A stretch of DNA of 64,000 bases from a virus: positions 1 through 64,000 of IMG/VR virus record IMGVR_UViG_3300036832_001166. One strand, given 5' to 3'. How positions within the stretch are numbered: the first letter of the stretch is position 1; the number at the start of each line of letters is the position of its first letter. Below, piece after piece: positions 8,593 to 17,417 of this stretch. A program made the translations under genes and the position numbers. Below the pieces are notes generated by a model. It was given only the letters and a program-made list of their open reading frames with translations, was not told the DNA's origin and searched no databases.

Positions 8593-8795
8593 TGGCCGAC
8601 AAGGATCCGGTCCCCGAGGCCGTCCGCCATGCGCGGCATGTCCACGCGATCCCGTCGGCTGCGCTGGGCGAACATGACTTCGGCGCCGCCGCGATCGCTC
8701 GCGACATCGAGCAGGCCGCGTTCTGGGCGGGCATGCGTCAGGTGATCCGCGAGGAGGTCGCCGCGGTGATGCAGCGACCGGCACCGGACCAGTGA
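8592..8795 (+). CDS. Hypothetical protein
   Basis: TGATG coupling with the upstream gene. Confidence 0.5.
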   Translation: MADKDPVPEAVRHARHVHAIPSAALGEHDFGAAAIARDIEQAAFWAGMRQVIREEVAAVMQRPAPDQ

Positions 8796-9334
8796 GCAAG
8801 CCGCCCACACCACGGCCGACTGTTCACGAAGGGGAGCGGTACGGGAGGTTGGTCGTGCTGGCTGTGGCCAGAGTTCCGCGTGCCACGCATCGCTACTACA
8901 CCTGCCTCTGTGACTGTGGGGCGACCACAACGGTGCGTGGCACCCACTTGCGAATGGGTCGCAGCCAAAGCTGCGGATGCCTGAAGCAAGAGATGGTGGC
9001 GGCGACTGGTAGGCACAACAGGCGCCACGGCTACACCGGGACACCTACGCACAGAGCGTGGGTCACGTTGATGCAGCGCTGCCTCAATCCGAACGACGCG
9101 GGCTGGGAGTATTACGGCGGTCGCGGCATCCGCGTCTGTGATCGCTGGCGCGAGAGCTTCGAGGCGTTCCTTGAAGACATGGGCGAGAAGCCCGCCTGGG
9201 CGACCGGCGGCATCGACCGGATCGACAACGATGGCGACTACGAGCCCGGCAACTGCCGCTGGGCGACCGTGAGCGAGCAGAACGCCAACCAGCGACCTCG
9301 TCGACGTGATGAGCAGGGACGATTCGCCGCATGA
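8792..9334 (+). CDS. HNH-type homing endonuclease-like protein
   Basis: YGRLVV...CLCDCG...SCGCL...QRCLNPN...YYGGRGIRVCDRW..FEAFLEDMG...IDRIDNDGDYEPGNCRWAT. Confidence 0.8.
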   Translation: MSKPPTPRPTVHEGERYGRLVVLAVARVPRATHRYYTCLCDCGATTTVRGTHLRMGRSQSCGCLKQEMVAATGRHNRRHGYTGTPTHRAWVTLMQRCLNPNDAGWEYYGGRGIRVCDRWRESFEAFLEDMGEKPAWATGGIDRIDNDGDYEPGNCRWATVSEQNANQRPRRRDEQGRFAA

Positions 9335-9774
9335 GTAAGCCGCCACCAGAGGACCTGCTTCAGTGGCCGAAGGGGGAGCTGGCCAAGGAGGTCGCGCGGC
9401 TACGCGCGATCAACCGCGAGTTTGCTGACCGGCCGCATGACGACGCGACGTCCGGCGGCGGGATCACCGACGTGGCGGGTGACCCGCACGCGCGCGGCGG
9501 CGTGGTCCTGGACGCGCGCGGCGCGGTGCTGATGGACACGGTCGATGTCGCGCTGGTTGACACCAAGAAGGAGGATGAGTCCCCGGCGATGTTCCTGGTG
9601 ATCGGGGGCCGCGTGAACTTTGAGACGCGCCGGACCAGTCAGGCGTTCATGTTCAGCGCGGATGGCGCGGCGGGGCTCGCGTCGGAGCTGATCGCGCTGG
9701 CGGGGCGCGCGGGCGGCGACTTCCTGGACGAGTTCAAGGCGTCGTTTGAGCAGCGCATGGGCGAGATGCCGTAA
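9331..9774 (+). CDS. Hypothetical protein
   Basis: 147 aa, ATGA overlap. Confidence 0.65.
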   Translation: MSKPPPEDLLQWPKGELAKEVARLRAINREFADRPHDDATSGGGITDVAGDPHARGGVVLDARGAVLMDTVDVALVDTKKEDESPAMFLVIGGRVNFETRRTSQAFMFSADGAAGLASELIALAGRAGGDFLDEFKASFEQRMGEMP

Positions 9775-9980
9775 TGGTCGCTGCGCATGACGCTGCGCTT
9801 GGTCGGGCGTTGGCGGAGGTTGGGTATCCGCCGAGCGTGGTGAACCAGGCCCGGCGCGGCTACTGGTCGGACTTCAAGACGGAGCTGGCGACCCCGAAGA
9901 TGGATCTGGCGGCGATGCTGGCCACGGATGGTCACATGGAGCTGCGTCAGCGCGTGATCAACGGGGAGTTCGACGGGTGA
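9774..9980 (+). CDS. Hypothetical protein
   Basis: TAATG coupling; GYWSDFK motif. Confidence 0.55.
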   Translation: MVAAHDAALGRALAEVGYPPSVVNQARRGYWSDFKTELATPKMDLAAMLATDGHMELRQRVINGEFDG

Positions 9981-10126
9981 TGACCATCGCGTTCTGGGAC
10001 AAGGCGTGCTACTGGACTGAGCGGGTCGGGGACTGGCTGTCGACGCCGTGGTTCCGGCTGAGCCGTTATTGCTATGCGCGTTGGATGGCGGCGGGCGGTC
10101 CCGAGCGCGACTGGAAGCGCGAGTGA
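9980..10126 (+). CDS. Small Trp-rich hypothetical protein
   Basis: 48 aa read by hand, TGATG coupling at both ends. Confidence 0.45.
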   Translation: MTIAFWDKACYWTERVGDWLSTPWFRLSRYCYARWMAAGGPERDWKRE

Positions 10127-10281
10127 TGGGCCAAAGCGCAACGTCAGACCGGCTTGGCCTGATCGGCATCGCGCTTGTGCTGGCGATCCTTGACCACGAC
10201 GAGCGACTGCGTGCCATCGCGGAGCGTGAACTGGATCGAGCGGCGTGTGAGCACACGAGTCGGGGGCGATCCGAGGCATGA
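10126..10281 (+). CDS. Small hypothetical protein
   Basis: ATG 10126 coupled to the upstream stop. Confidence 0.45.
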   Translation: MGQSATSDRLGLIGIALVLAILDHDERLRAIAERELDRAACEHTSRGRSEA

Positions 10282-10721
10282 GCAGCGAGGGTCCGCTGGA
10301 TATGGAGCGGCTACAGCGCAAGGCGCAGGAGGTCAACACCAGGTTGCGTCTGATGCCCGATTCGCTGGTTGCTGCCGAAGCGCGCCTGAAGCGCCACCGC
10401 TGGAAGCTGCACACGCCCGGCATGGACGGGCTCGGCCGGTGGACGCACGGCGCACGGCGCCTGCGGATGGTTCACTCCATCGCGATCGAGCAGGACGGCG
10501 AGCTGTGGGAGCACGTCAGCGTCTCGCGCGATGATGGGACGATGCCGACCTGGGAGCAGACCCGCGACGTGTTCCGCGAGGTCGCGGGCGACAGCGCGCT
10601 CGGCGTAATCGTCGTCCCGCCGAAGTCCGAGCATGTCGACATCGCCGAGGTCGCACACATCTGGCATTGCATGTCCCGGCGTCCGCTGCCCGACTTCGCC
10701 CGTGGCGGCGGCTCGATATGA
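10278..10721 (+). CDS. Conserved-looking phage hypothetical protein
   Basis: WEHVSVSR...PTWE...VPPKSEHV...HIW pattern, familiar from uncharacterised phage proteins. Confidence 0.65.
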   Translation: MSSEGPLDMERLQRKAQEVNTRLRLMPDSLVAAEARLKRHRWKLHTPGMDGLGRWTHGARRLRMVHSIAIEQDGELWEHVSVSRDDGTMPTWEQTRDVFREVAGDSALGVIVVPPKSEHVDIAEVAHIWHCMSRRPLPDFARGGGSI

Positions 10722-10972
10722 CCGGGCCCTACGACCGTGAGGCCGACACCGGCGACCCGCCGTCCGGCCCGATCGTCGGGCTCACCATCGACGTCGCCTG
10801 GGGCGATGACGGCTGGCGGATCACGCTCGGCGTCGGGAAGCTCGCCGTGGAGATGTCCGGCGTCAGCGACGTCGTGCTGCGCGAGCTGCTGGACTCCGAC
10901 GCGACCGCGGACATCCTGATCGCCCGCCGTGAGGAAGTGACCGAGGTTCATCAACCACCACCGGCAAGCTGA
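10718..10972 (+). CDS. Hypothetical protein
   Basis: ATGA overlap. Confidence 0.5.
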   Translation: MTGPYDREADTGDPPSGPIVGLTIDVAWGDDGWRITLGVGKLAVEMSGVSDVVLRELLDSDATADILIARREEVTEVHQPPPAS

Positions 10973-11124
10973 TGGATTCCGAGCAGTGTGTCTGCCCGCC
11001 GCCTCAGCCGCCGGTGACTGAACTGCGCGTGAGCTGGTGCCCGGTACACGGGCCTGCGATGAGGAAGCCAAAGCTCCACGTTGTCAAGGATGATGAGGAA
11101 CATCCGCGTGACCGACCGGCATAG
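10972..11124 (+). CDS. Small hypothetical protein (CxC...CPVHG)
   Basis: 50 aa read by hand, TGATG coupling. Confidence 0.4.
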   Translation: MDSEQCVCPPPQPPVTELRVSWCPVHGPAMRKPKLHVVKDDEEHPRDRPA

Positions 11125-11134
11125 CTACTCTGGC

Positions 11135-11518
11135 GTGTCGGCGCTCCCGGCGTGGTGGCTGATGGACGCCGACGGCAACCTGGTCGCGTCGATCCGCGCG
11201 GCGACGGCGGTGGAGGCCCGCGACCTGTTCAAGCGCGAGGGCTTGTCGGGCGTCCGCGTCAAACGGGCGGAGGTCGCGCCGGTCGAGGATCCGCCGGAGG
11301 AGCGCCGCGGGCCCGTCTGCGAGATCTGCAAGCGGGCGATCAACGAGGCGATCGACTACCGGACCGTGACCGGCTGGGAGCGGATCTCGCGCGGCGGCGC
11401 AGGCGGCACGCACGCGATCCGCGCGCCGGACCGGACAGCGGAACGGTTCGCGTGCATGTTCTGCGTCGACAAGCTCGCGAACGGCGTCTCCCCGCAGCAG
11501 GAGACGCTGGCGCTGTGA
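11135..11518 (+). CDS. Hypothetical protein with CxxC pairs
   Basis: VCEICK and ACMFC motifs; start uncertain (track gives 11081). Confidence 0.55.
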   Translation: MSALPAWWLMDADGNLVASIRAATAVEARDLFKREGLSGVRVKRAEVAPVEDPPEERRGPVCEICKRAINEAIDYRTVTGWERISRGGAGGTHAIRAPDRTAERFACMFCVDKLANGVSPQQETLAL

Positions 11519-11742
11519 CGTTGACGCAGCCGCTCTGCCTGCCGTGCTGGCGCACCGACTGGCCCGACGGCGGCATGAGCCGCGACCCGCCGCACGCGAT
11601 CAGCGCGCCGATGGAGCACTGCTGCCTGTGTGACCGGCCGACGAACCACGGCATCTACGTGCGCGTCGATCCCGCTACCGTCCCGTTCCCACGCATCCCG
11701 ACCGAGGAGGACCCATGTCCGGCTTCACCATCAACTCTGTGA
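11515..11742 (+). CDS. Zn-finger-like hypothetical protein
   Basis: LCLPCW and HCCLCD motifs; GTGA overlap. Confidence 0.5.
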   Translation: MTLTQPLCLPCWRTDWPDGGMSRDPPHAISAPMEHCCLCDRPTNHGIYVRVDPATVPFPRIPTEEDPCPASPSTL

Positions 11743-12185
11743 GCATCAGCGGGAACCTGACGCGGGATCCCGAGCTGCGGACGACAGGCTCGGGCACGCC
11801 GGTATGCGGCCTGCGGATCGCGGTCAACGAGCGTCGTAAGAACACGGTGACCAACGAGTGGGATGACCGCGCGAACTACTTTGACGTGACGGTCTGGAAG
11901 GGGCTGGGCGAGTGGCTGGCGGGCCACCTGCGCAAGGGTGATCAGATCGCGGTGCATGGGCGGCTGCAGTGGCGGGAGTGGCAGGACAAGGACGGCAACA
12001 ACCGGCAGAGCGTCGATATCGTCGCGGACTCGATCGTCCCGGTCACCCGCGACGGCGAGGGCGGCGGCTCGCGCGCGAGCCGCGCGCTGGAGTCTGATGT
12101 CCCGATCGACACGGGCGACCTGCCGCCCGTCCCCGTCGGCACCGCGGCGACGCCGGTAGACGACAGCGACGACATCCCGTTCTGA
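11715..12185 (+). CDS. ssb: Single-stranded DNA-binding protein
   Basis: INSVSISGNLTRDPELRTTGSGTPV...VTVWK...GRLQWREWQDKDGNNR; acidic DDIPF C-terminus. Confidence 0.95.
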   Translation: MSGFTINSVSISGNLTRDPELRTTGSGTPVCGLRIAVNERRKNTVTNEWDDRANYFDVTVWKGLGEWLAGHLRKGDQIAVHGRLQWREWQDKDGNNRQSVDIVADSIVPVTRDGEGGGSRASRALESDVPIDTGDLPPVPVGTAATPVDDSDDIPF

Positions 12186-12214
12186 GGTACGCCGTGAACG
12201 GGTAGCAGGGGATC

Positions 12215-12394
12215 GTGTTGACAATTCCTCTTACACCCCTGGCGGTGCTGCTGCTCGGCATCTGGGCCCTCATCAAGACCCTGGGCCACATCTCAAAGAC
12301 GGCCGCGCTGGTCCTGATCATCGTGTCGCTGATCCTGGCGATCATCGCGATGATCCGGCCGTACGCGTTCCGTCGCACGGTGCCTCCCGAGTGA
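12215..12394 (+). CDS. Small two-TM membrane protein
   Basis: 59 aa, two hydrophobic helices, basic C-terminus; read by hand. Confidence 0.5.
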   Translation: MLTIPLTPLAVLLLGIWALIKTLGHISKTAALVLIIVSLILAIIAMIRPYAFRRTVPPE

Positions 12395-12425
12395 GTCCCG
12401 AGGCGCGAGCGGGTAGCTCCTCGGC

Positions 12426-12584
12426 ATGTTAGGAGCCATCCTGGTGATCGTCGGTCTGTTGGTGTGGCTGCTCGCGGCCGCGCCGATTATCGGCATCATT
12501 CTCATAGTCATCGGGTTGCTGCTTCTGTTCGCCGGGCCCTATAGCTACAGCTACGGGTGGCACGGCCGCAGAGCGCCGCCTTAG
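12426..12584 (+). CDS. Small two-TM membrane protein
   Basis: 52 aa MLGAILVIVGLLVWLL...GWHGRRAPP; followed by a hairpin at ~12597-12630. Confidence 0.55.
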   Translation: MLGAILVIVGLLVWLLAAAPIIGIILIVIGLLLLFAGPYSYSYGWHGRRAPP

Positions 12585-12681
12585 ATGGCGGTGGCCCGCC
12601 GCCAGTCGGGGCTGGCGGCGGACCGCCTCAGACGCTAACCGCGGATCGGCCGGGGCTCACAAAGCATCCACGCCCCCCCTG

Positions 12682-12704
12682 GAGCGCACGTCGTGTGCTA
12701 CAAT
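12682..12704 (+). promoter_or_regulatory. Repeated 19-bp palindromic operator overlapping a -10 box
   Basis: GAGCGCACGTCGTGTGCTA with -10 TACAAT. Confidence 0.75.
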
Positions 12705-12738
12705 GGTGCTGTAAGGATCCCGACCGAAGGAGCGCCAG

Positions 12739-13029
12739 GTGGCCGTGAAACACGAAGCGACGACCGAGCGGTCGACGCGTAAGTTCCGTGACCGCGACAG
12801 CGGCTACTGGAAGTATCACTACCGCTGGATCTGCACGTGCGGCGGGCATGGTAGCTGGGTGTCGACCAAGCGTCGCGCCGCCGACGGGGCCGCGTACCAC
12901 GAGTATGGCGAGCGTCCGATGACCGCCGCCGAGGTGCGGACGATGGCCGACGGCCAGTACGCCGATCTGACCTACGAGGAGGCGCAGGCGCAGGCCGACG
13001 CCTACAACGCTCGCTACGGGGGGTGCTGA
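12739..13029 (+). CDS. Hypothetical protein (WICTCG...H)
   Basis: Downstream of the operator and CCCGACCGAAGGAG RBS; hairpin after the stop. Confidence 0.65.
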   Translation: MAVKHEATTERSTRKFRDRDSGYWKYHYRWICTCGGHGSWVSTKRRAADGAAYHEYGERPMTAAEVRTMADGQYADLTYEEAQAQADAYNARYGGC

Positions 13030-13270
13030 GGGCCCGGCGGCCGGTTGATGCCGGGCCCTCAAACCCCTGGATAGCAGGTCGCGCACAGCCGGGAGAGGCC
13101 TGCACGCTAATGGAGGGCGATCACCCGGAGACCATGCGCGGCCAGCGTCCGAGTCTCTCACCTTAACACCGCATCACCTCGCGCGGATCTGTGTTCTAGC
13201 GCACGACGTGGTATAACGCCACACCAGCCGTCGCGTGGCGCGTCGGCGCTACAGAAAAGAGGGGTGAAGG

Positions 13271-14134
13271 ATGCGTAGAGCCCTGGTGATCATTCCGGGC
13301 CTCGCGGGGGTGCTGATCGCAATCGTGGTCGCTACGGCGACGGCTGGGCAGACCGGAGGGCAGCTTCCGGGGTGCGTGCCGTCGCACCAGACACCGCAGA
13401 AGTGCATGTGCCGCGACAGGCATTCCGCGTGGTCGCACGGCGACCGTCGCCGTGACGAGTGCCCGCCGAAAGAGGAGAAGTGCGACGACCATCAGATGAA
13501 GCAGCCGTGCTGCGATTCAGACAACGACTGGGATGACGTCGGCTGCCCGACTACCAGCACGAGCAGTAGCACGAGCAGTAGCACGAGCAGTTCGACAACG
13601 AGCAGTTCGACAACGACCAGCTCGACAACGAGCAGCGAGACGACGACCGGCAGTGAGACCGGCACGACAACGGTGACGGTGACGGAGACCGGTCCTCCAG
13701 GGCCTCCCGGCCCTCCCGGCCCCCCCGGGCCCGCGGGCGCCAACGGGACCAACGGCGCCAACGGCGCCAACGGCGCGAATGGTGCGAATGGTGCGAACGG
13801 CAAGAACGGCAAGAACGCGCCCAGGTGCGTGAACAGGGTGAGGTTCGCTAGGACCGCGCCGCTGCCCCGGCGTTTCATCGGCGTCAAGCTGATCGACGTC
13901 AACATCGCCGGTCGCCACCAGACCGAGCCGCTGCTGCGCGGCCGCAAAGTGCGCGTCGTCCTGCGCGGCCTGGCGTGCGGCACGTACCCCATCGTGTTCA
14001 GCAACGCGCGCAACTCGCGCAAGCCGATCCCGGTCCTCCGGATCTGGCAGCTTGTCGGTGGCAGGCGTCTGATTCGCGCGGGATTCCCGCTGGTGGCTCC
14101 GCCGATTGGGCTGAGCTTTCGCCAAGGGCTGTAA
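13271..14134 (+). CDS. Secreted Cys-rich, Ser/Thr-rich, collagen-like protein
   Basis: Signal peptide MRRALVIIPGLAGVLIAIVVA; poly-S/T tract; (GPP)4 then (GAN)n/GKN triplets. Confidence 0.75.
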   Translation: MRRALVIIPGLAGVLIAIVVATATAGQTGGQLPGCVPSHQTPQKCMCRDRHSAWSHGDRRRDECPPKEEKCDDHQMKQPCCDSDNDWDDVGCPTTSTSSSTSSSTSSSTTSSSTTTSSTTSSETTTGSETGTTTVTVTETGPPGPPGPPGPPGPAGANGTNGANGANGANGANGANGKNGKNAPRCVNRVRFARTAPLPRRFIGVKLIDVNIAGRHQTEPLLRGRKVRVVLRGLACGTYPIVFSNARNSRKPIPVLRIWQLVGGRRLIRAGFPLVAPPIGLSFRQGL

Positions 14135-14141
14135 GACCTGC

Positions 14142-14180
14142 CTGGCAGCCACCGCCTTTCCGTCGGGCGGTGGCTGCCAG
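14142..14180. terminator. Bidirectional terminator between convergent genes
   Basis: CTGGCAGCCACCGCC / GGCGGTGGCTGCCAG perfect 15-bp inverted repeat. Confidence 0.7.
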
Positions 14181-14186
14181 TAGGGC

Positions 14187-14708
14187 CTAGTAGACGTGGT
14201 AGCCGACGCTGCCGACACCGCCGAAGCCGAGCGCTCCGGCGGTGCTCTGGCTCAGGTCGATGTTGCGGTCACCCGCGTAGGGCCCGTGATCGTCAACGAC
14301 GGCCGTGACCTGGCGGCCGCCGTAGAACAGCAGGATCCGGGTCCCGAACGCGTAGCAGGGCCCGGCGGAGCCGCACATCGCCACCCCGTAGGTGGCGTGC
14401 CATCCCGACGCGGTCTGGCCGGAGTCGTCATACCAGCTCGCCAGCCAGAGGCCGTCGGGCTGCGGATGGCGACGTAACCGCCACGCCGCGACCGCCCGTG
14501 CCCGGTAGGCCCGTATGCGGGCCCTGGAGACCGCCGGACGGGCGCAGCGCATGAAGTGCCGCAGGTGAGCCCGGTCGGCCCGTGTGACGTCCCTGGTGCC
14601 GCTGTACGCGACGCTGATGGCCCGCTTGATCATCGGCCCGGAGAACGTCTTGGGGCAGGCGGGTTGGGGCGTGACGGCCGTGATGGCCGCCACTAGTAGA
14701 GCGGTCAC
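14187..14708 (-). CDS. rlpA: RlpA-like double-psi beta-barrel (lytic transglycosylase-like) secreted protein
   Basis: ASWYDDSGQTASG...FGTRI...VTAVVDDHGPY..RNIDLS..A..LG..GV..V pattern; N-terminal hydrophobic leader. Confidence 0.7.
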   Translation of the reverse strand: MTALLVAAITAVTPQPACPKTFSGPMIKRAISVAYSGTRDVTRADRAHLRHFMRCARPAVSRARIRAYRARAVAAWRLRRHPQPDGLWLASWYDDSGQTASGWHATYGVAMCGSAGPCYAFGTRILLFYGGRQVTAVVDDHGPYAGDRNIDLSQSTAGALGFGGVGSVGYHVY

Positions 14709-14711
14709 CGC

Positions 14712-15284
14712 TCAGCCCGCGCAGGTCCAGTTAGACGCTCCTGCGCCACCGGCCCATAGCCGTGAGGCGGCCGCGTCCTGATCGGCTTTGCTGCCGCCGC
14801 CTCCGTTCATGAGCTGGTAGTAGCCGTTCGCTCCCGAACCGGTCGTGTTGGGTACGTCGCGGCCACCGGACTCGCATTGGACAATCCCGTACGGGATCGC
14901 CCAGCACTGGCCTCCACCGGCGTATGGCGTGGTCCCTCCACAGCCGCCGCCCGAGTAGCTCGTCGAGCTGCTGGTGACGACAGCAACGTTCGACGAGGGC
15001 GGCGGCCCCGATGCTCGGACCACCCGAACCACCCGGGGCGGTGGGGCGAACATGCGGTGCAGGACACCGATCGACGCCCGGATCCGAGCGTCAGTTCTCT
15101 GACCGGCGCAGGTGGAGTTTGGGCCGATCAGCTTGCACCCGGCGGAGCGCTGGCCGAACTTGTCGACGGCGTGGGCGTACGCCCGGCCGTAGGAGACGGC
15201 CTCCGCGTGGGTGAGCGCCTGGGCGCTGCCTGCGGGTACAGCAACGGCGAGCACGAAGCTCGCCGTGAGGGTCAATCGCTTCAA
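14712..15284 (-). CDS. rpf: Resuscitation-promoting-factor (Rpf)-like transglycosylase, secreted
   Basis: WAIPYGIVQCESGG...GANGYYQL...SKADQDAAASRLWAGGAGASNWTC; signal peptide; TTG start with AGGAG 5 nt upstream. Confidence 0.75.
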   Translation of the reverse strand: MKRLTLTASFVLAVAVPAGSAQALTHAEAVSYGRAYAHAVDKFGQRSAGCKLIGPNSTCAGQRTDARIRASIGVLHRMFAPPPRVVRVVRASGPPPSSNVAVVTSSSTSYSGGGCGGTTPYAGGGQCWAIPYGIVQCESGGRDVPNTTGSGANGYYQLMNGGGGSKADQDAAASRLWAGGAGASNWTCAG

Positions 15285-15447
15285 GGTGACTCCTGACGGT
15301 CGTGTTGTCACTGATCAGCTCGTGCGCTCGCACTGGCCTACTCGCGTACTTGGGCCGCGCACGGCAGTTGGTCGTGAAGTGCTCTCCTTTCCTGTTTGAC
15401 GGGGCGGTCTCGGGTAAGCCCGCCTCTTGGCACAACAGCGCCGGGAC

Positions 15448-15470
15448 TGTATCAGGATGTGCGCTACTAT
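15448..15470. promoter_or_regulatory. Half-operator between divergent promoters
   Basis: GATGTGCGCTA with plus-strand -10 TACTAT; minus-strand -10 TACAGT at 15446-15451. Confidence 0.5.
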
Positions 15471-15505
15471 CCCGCAAACCGATTCCGACCGATCGAGGAG
15501 GGCAG

Positions 15506-15700
15506 ATGGGCGTCTTGGAGCACGAGAAGCCGTCGTTCGTGGCGCGCGAAGCTGCGCTGGAGGGCGCGACAACGGACAACGCTGCGGTGATCGCGGCGCT
15601 GGTCTACGTCGGCGATGCGGTCACCGGCGTCGCGCACATGCTCGACCAGCTCGACACGACACTCAACAACCGGCTGGTCGACATCGAAGGGGCGATGTGA
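15506..15700 (+). CDS. Hypothetical protein
   Basis: GAGGAGG RBS. Confidence 0.6.
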   Translation: MGVLEHEKPSFVAREAALEGATTDNAAVIAALVYVGDAVTGVAHMLDQLDTTLNNRLVDIEGAM

Positions 15701-15957
15701 GCGTCGAGCCGCCGCGCGAGGTGCTGTGGATCGGTGAGCTGCTCGACGAGGACGGCCATGTCACCGCTCGCGCGCTGGTCTCCGAGGATTGGGTGCGGAC
15801 GGCCAGGGAGGCGGGCTGGCGGGTGTCGCGCTACACGCTGGCGGACCCGAGCATCTCCGAGGCGATCGACATCGGCGTGCGGCTGGCGAACGCGCAGCGG
15901 CCGGTGGATGCGCCGCGCGGCTTTCAGCGCAGGCGCCGACGCTGGCGGGCGGCATGA
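15697..15957 (+). CDS. Hypothetical protein
   Basis: GTGA overlap. Confidence 0.55.
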   Translation: MSVEPPREVLWIGELLDEDGHVTARALVSEDWVRTAREAGWRVSRYTLADPSISEAIDIGVRLANAQRPVDAPRGFQRRRRRWRAA

Positions 15958-16211
15958 CGCACCCGTCCGTCTGGCAGTTCTCCTGCCCGACCTGCGGAGC
16001 CCGCGAGGGCTCGTACTGCAAGGACTCCGACGGGGAGTGGACGCACAAGCGGCGTCAGAACCGGATGGGCCGCCTCAGCGGACCGCGATCCACCGAGTGG
16101 CTGTGCGGCAACGAATCGAACTGCGGCTGGCCAGATTGCGGCTGTCCGCGCTCGACGTCGGTACCGACCGTGTCCGGCGGCGCGTTTGAGATGAACCGAC
16201 GGCGGCACTGA
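15954..16211 (+). CDS. Zn-finger-like hypothetical protein
   Basis: CPTCGA..G.YC...H..R plus C-terminal CxxxxxCxxxxCxC. Confidence 0.55.
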   Translation: MTHPSVWQFSCPTCGAREGSYCKDSDGEWTHKRRQNRMGRLSGPRSTEWLCGNESNCGWPDCGCPRSTSVPTVSGGAFEMNRRRH

Positions 16212-16432
16212 TGGCGCTCTACGACGCTGAGCTGAACGCTCGCCGGGCGTCCGCGCCGGAGCCGATCGACAACGCGAGCCTTCCTGCCGGGTCGCCGATG
16301 TACTACTACTGCAAGTCGTGTGGCCACCAGACGGCGGTACTGCCCGAGAACTGGTATCTCACGCCGCCGCCGAAGTTCTGCGACTGGTGCGTCGAGCATG
16401 GCTATGGCTTCTCGAAGGAACCGTCGTCGTGA
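16211..16432 (+). CDS. Zn-ribbon hypothetical protein
   Basis: YCKSCG and FCDWC motifs. Confidence 0.6.
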   Translation: MALYDAELNARRASAPEPIDNASLPAGSPMYYYCKSCGHQTAVLPENWYLTPPPKFCDWCVEHGYGFSKEPSS

Positions 16433-16671
16433 CCGACGAGACGCGCGCGCAGGAGCGGCTGCAGCTCAGCCGCGAGAACGACGACGTGATGGAGATCCCG
16501 AACGTCGGCCCGGTCAACGTGCTGCGCGCTTCGATCGGCGGGACCGAGGAGATCGGCTACTACCTCAAGTTCCGCGGCGACCCCGCCGACGTTGTGAAGA
16601 TGCTGGAGCTGGCGACCGAGGCCGCGAAGGAGCGGCTTCCGCTCGGCCGCTACGACGACCGGCGGACGTGA
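16429..16671 (+). CDS. Hypothetical protein
   Basis: GTGA overlap; Y.KFRGD motif. Confidence 0.55.
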   Translation: MTDETRAQERLQLSRENDDVMEIPNVGPVNVLRASIGGTEEIGYYLKFRGDPADVVKMLELATEAAKERLPLGRYDDRRT

Positions 16672-16676
16672 TGTGC

Positions 16677-16880
16677 TCAGCGCTGCATGGAGCGGACGAA
16701 CTTGTCGATCTGCTCCTGGCTGAAGCGCCGCTGCCCCCCTGGCGTGCGGTAGTAGGGCAGGGAGCCTATATCCGCCCAGCGCCGGATCGTTCCCAGCGAG
16801 ACGCCCAGCTCCTGGGCTACCTGTGATGTCGACAGGTCCAGTAACGGCTTCCGCGGCGGCTTCCTTGGTTTTGCCCCCAT
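16677..16880 (-). CDS. MerR-like/excisionase HTH protein (BldC-like)
   Basis: LSTSQVAQELGVSLGTIRRWADIGSLPYYRTPGGQRRFSQEQI. Confidence 0.8.
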   Translation of the reverse strand: MGAKPRKPPRKPLLDLSTSQVAQELGVSLGTIRRWADIGSLPYYRTPGGQRRFSQEQIDKFVRSMQR

Positions 16881-17036
16881 CACTCCCGTTTCGGCTTGAT
16901 TGCGAAGCCATGATGAGACAAGCACAGCAATTGCGCAAACCGCTCTGGCGTTACTGGCGCTGCCCGCGCTGCGGGGAGGCCAACGGCAGCCGCCGGAGCT
17001 GCTACGCCTGCGGCTGGCCCTACGACAGGCGTCCCG

Positions 17037-17282
17037 GTGACTGAGCACTACAAGCTCGTCACGACACTCGTCCGTACCAGCGACGAGCACATCGCGCCGG
17101 TCACGGTCGGCTACTACGTGCAGCGCCTCGACGAGCCCGAGCCGCGCAGCGACTTCTACCAGTGGCACGTCTTCCGGGAGACCTTGCACGCCGAGGAGGA
17201 CAACGCTGCCCACCAGTTCACCATCGAGACGAATGTGTCCCGCGTCAAGCTGACGCCGGACCGGCCTAGAGATCCGCCGTGA
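17037..17282 (+). CDS. Hypothetical protein
   Basis: 81 aa, good codon bias. Confidence 0.5.
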   Translation: MTEHYKLVTTLVRTSDEHIAPVTVGYYVQRLDEPEPRSDFYQWHVFRETLHAEEDNAAHQFTIETNVSRVKLTPDRPRDPP

Positions 17283-17417
17283 GACGGCTCCGGGGGCTGC
17301 ATGAAGAACTTCCCGCACAGCGGGGACGGGGACAAGGAAGATCCCAAAATCGGTCCGTGCTCAACGGATGGGGCAAGGCACGCGGGCTGGAACAAGGAAG
17401 GGAAGGGGTGTCTTGCT

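Noticed and set aside
9295-9334. RDEQGRF at the end of the HNH nuclease as another cargo motif
   Set aside because: It lacks the HPR/aromatic part, is C-terminal, and such tails are common in this nuclease type.
15290-15445. c-di-AMP (ydaO) riboswitch upstream of the rpf-like gene
   Set aside because: The conserved GCTGAA / GGAA..GGGG / GTCAGCTAAC blocks were not found by eye.
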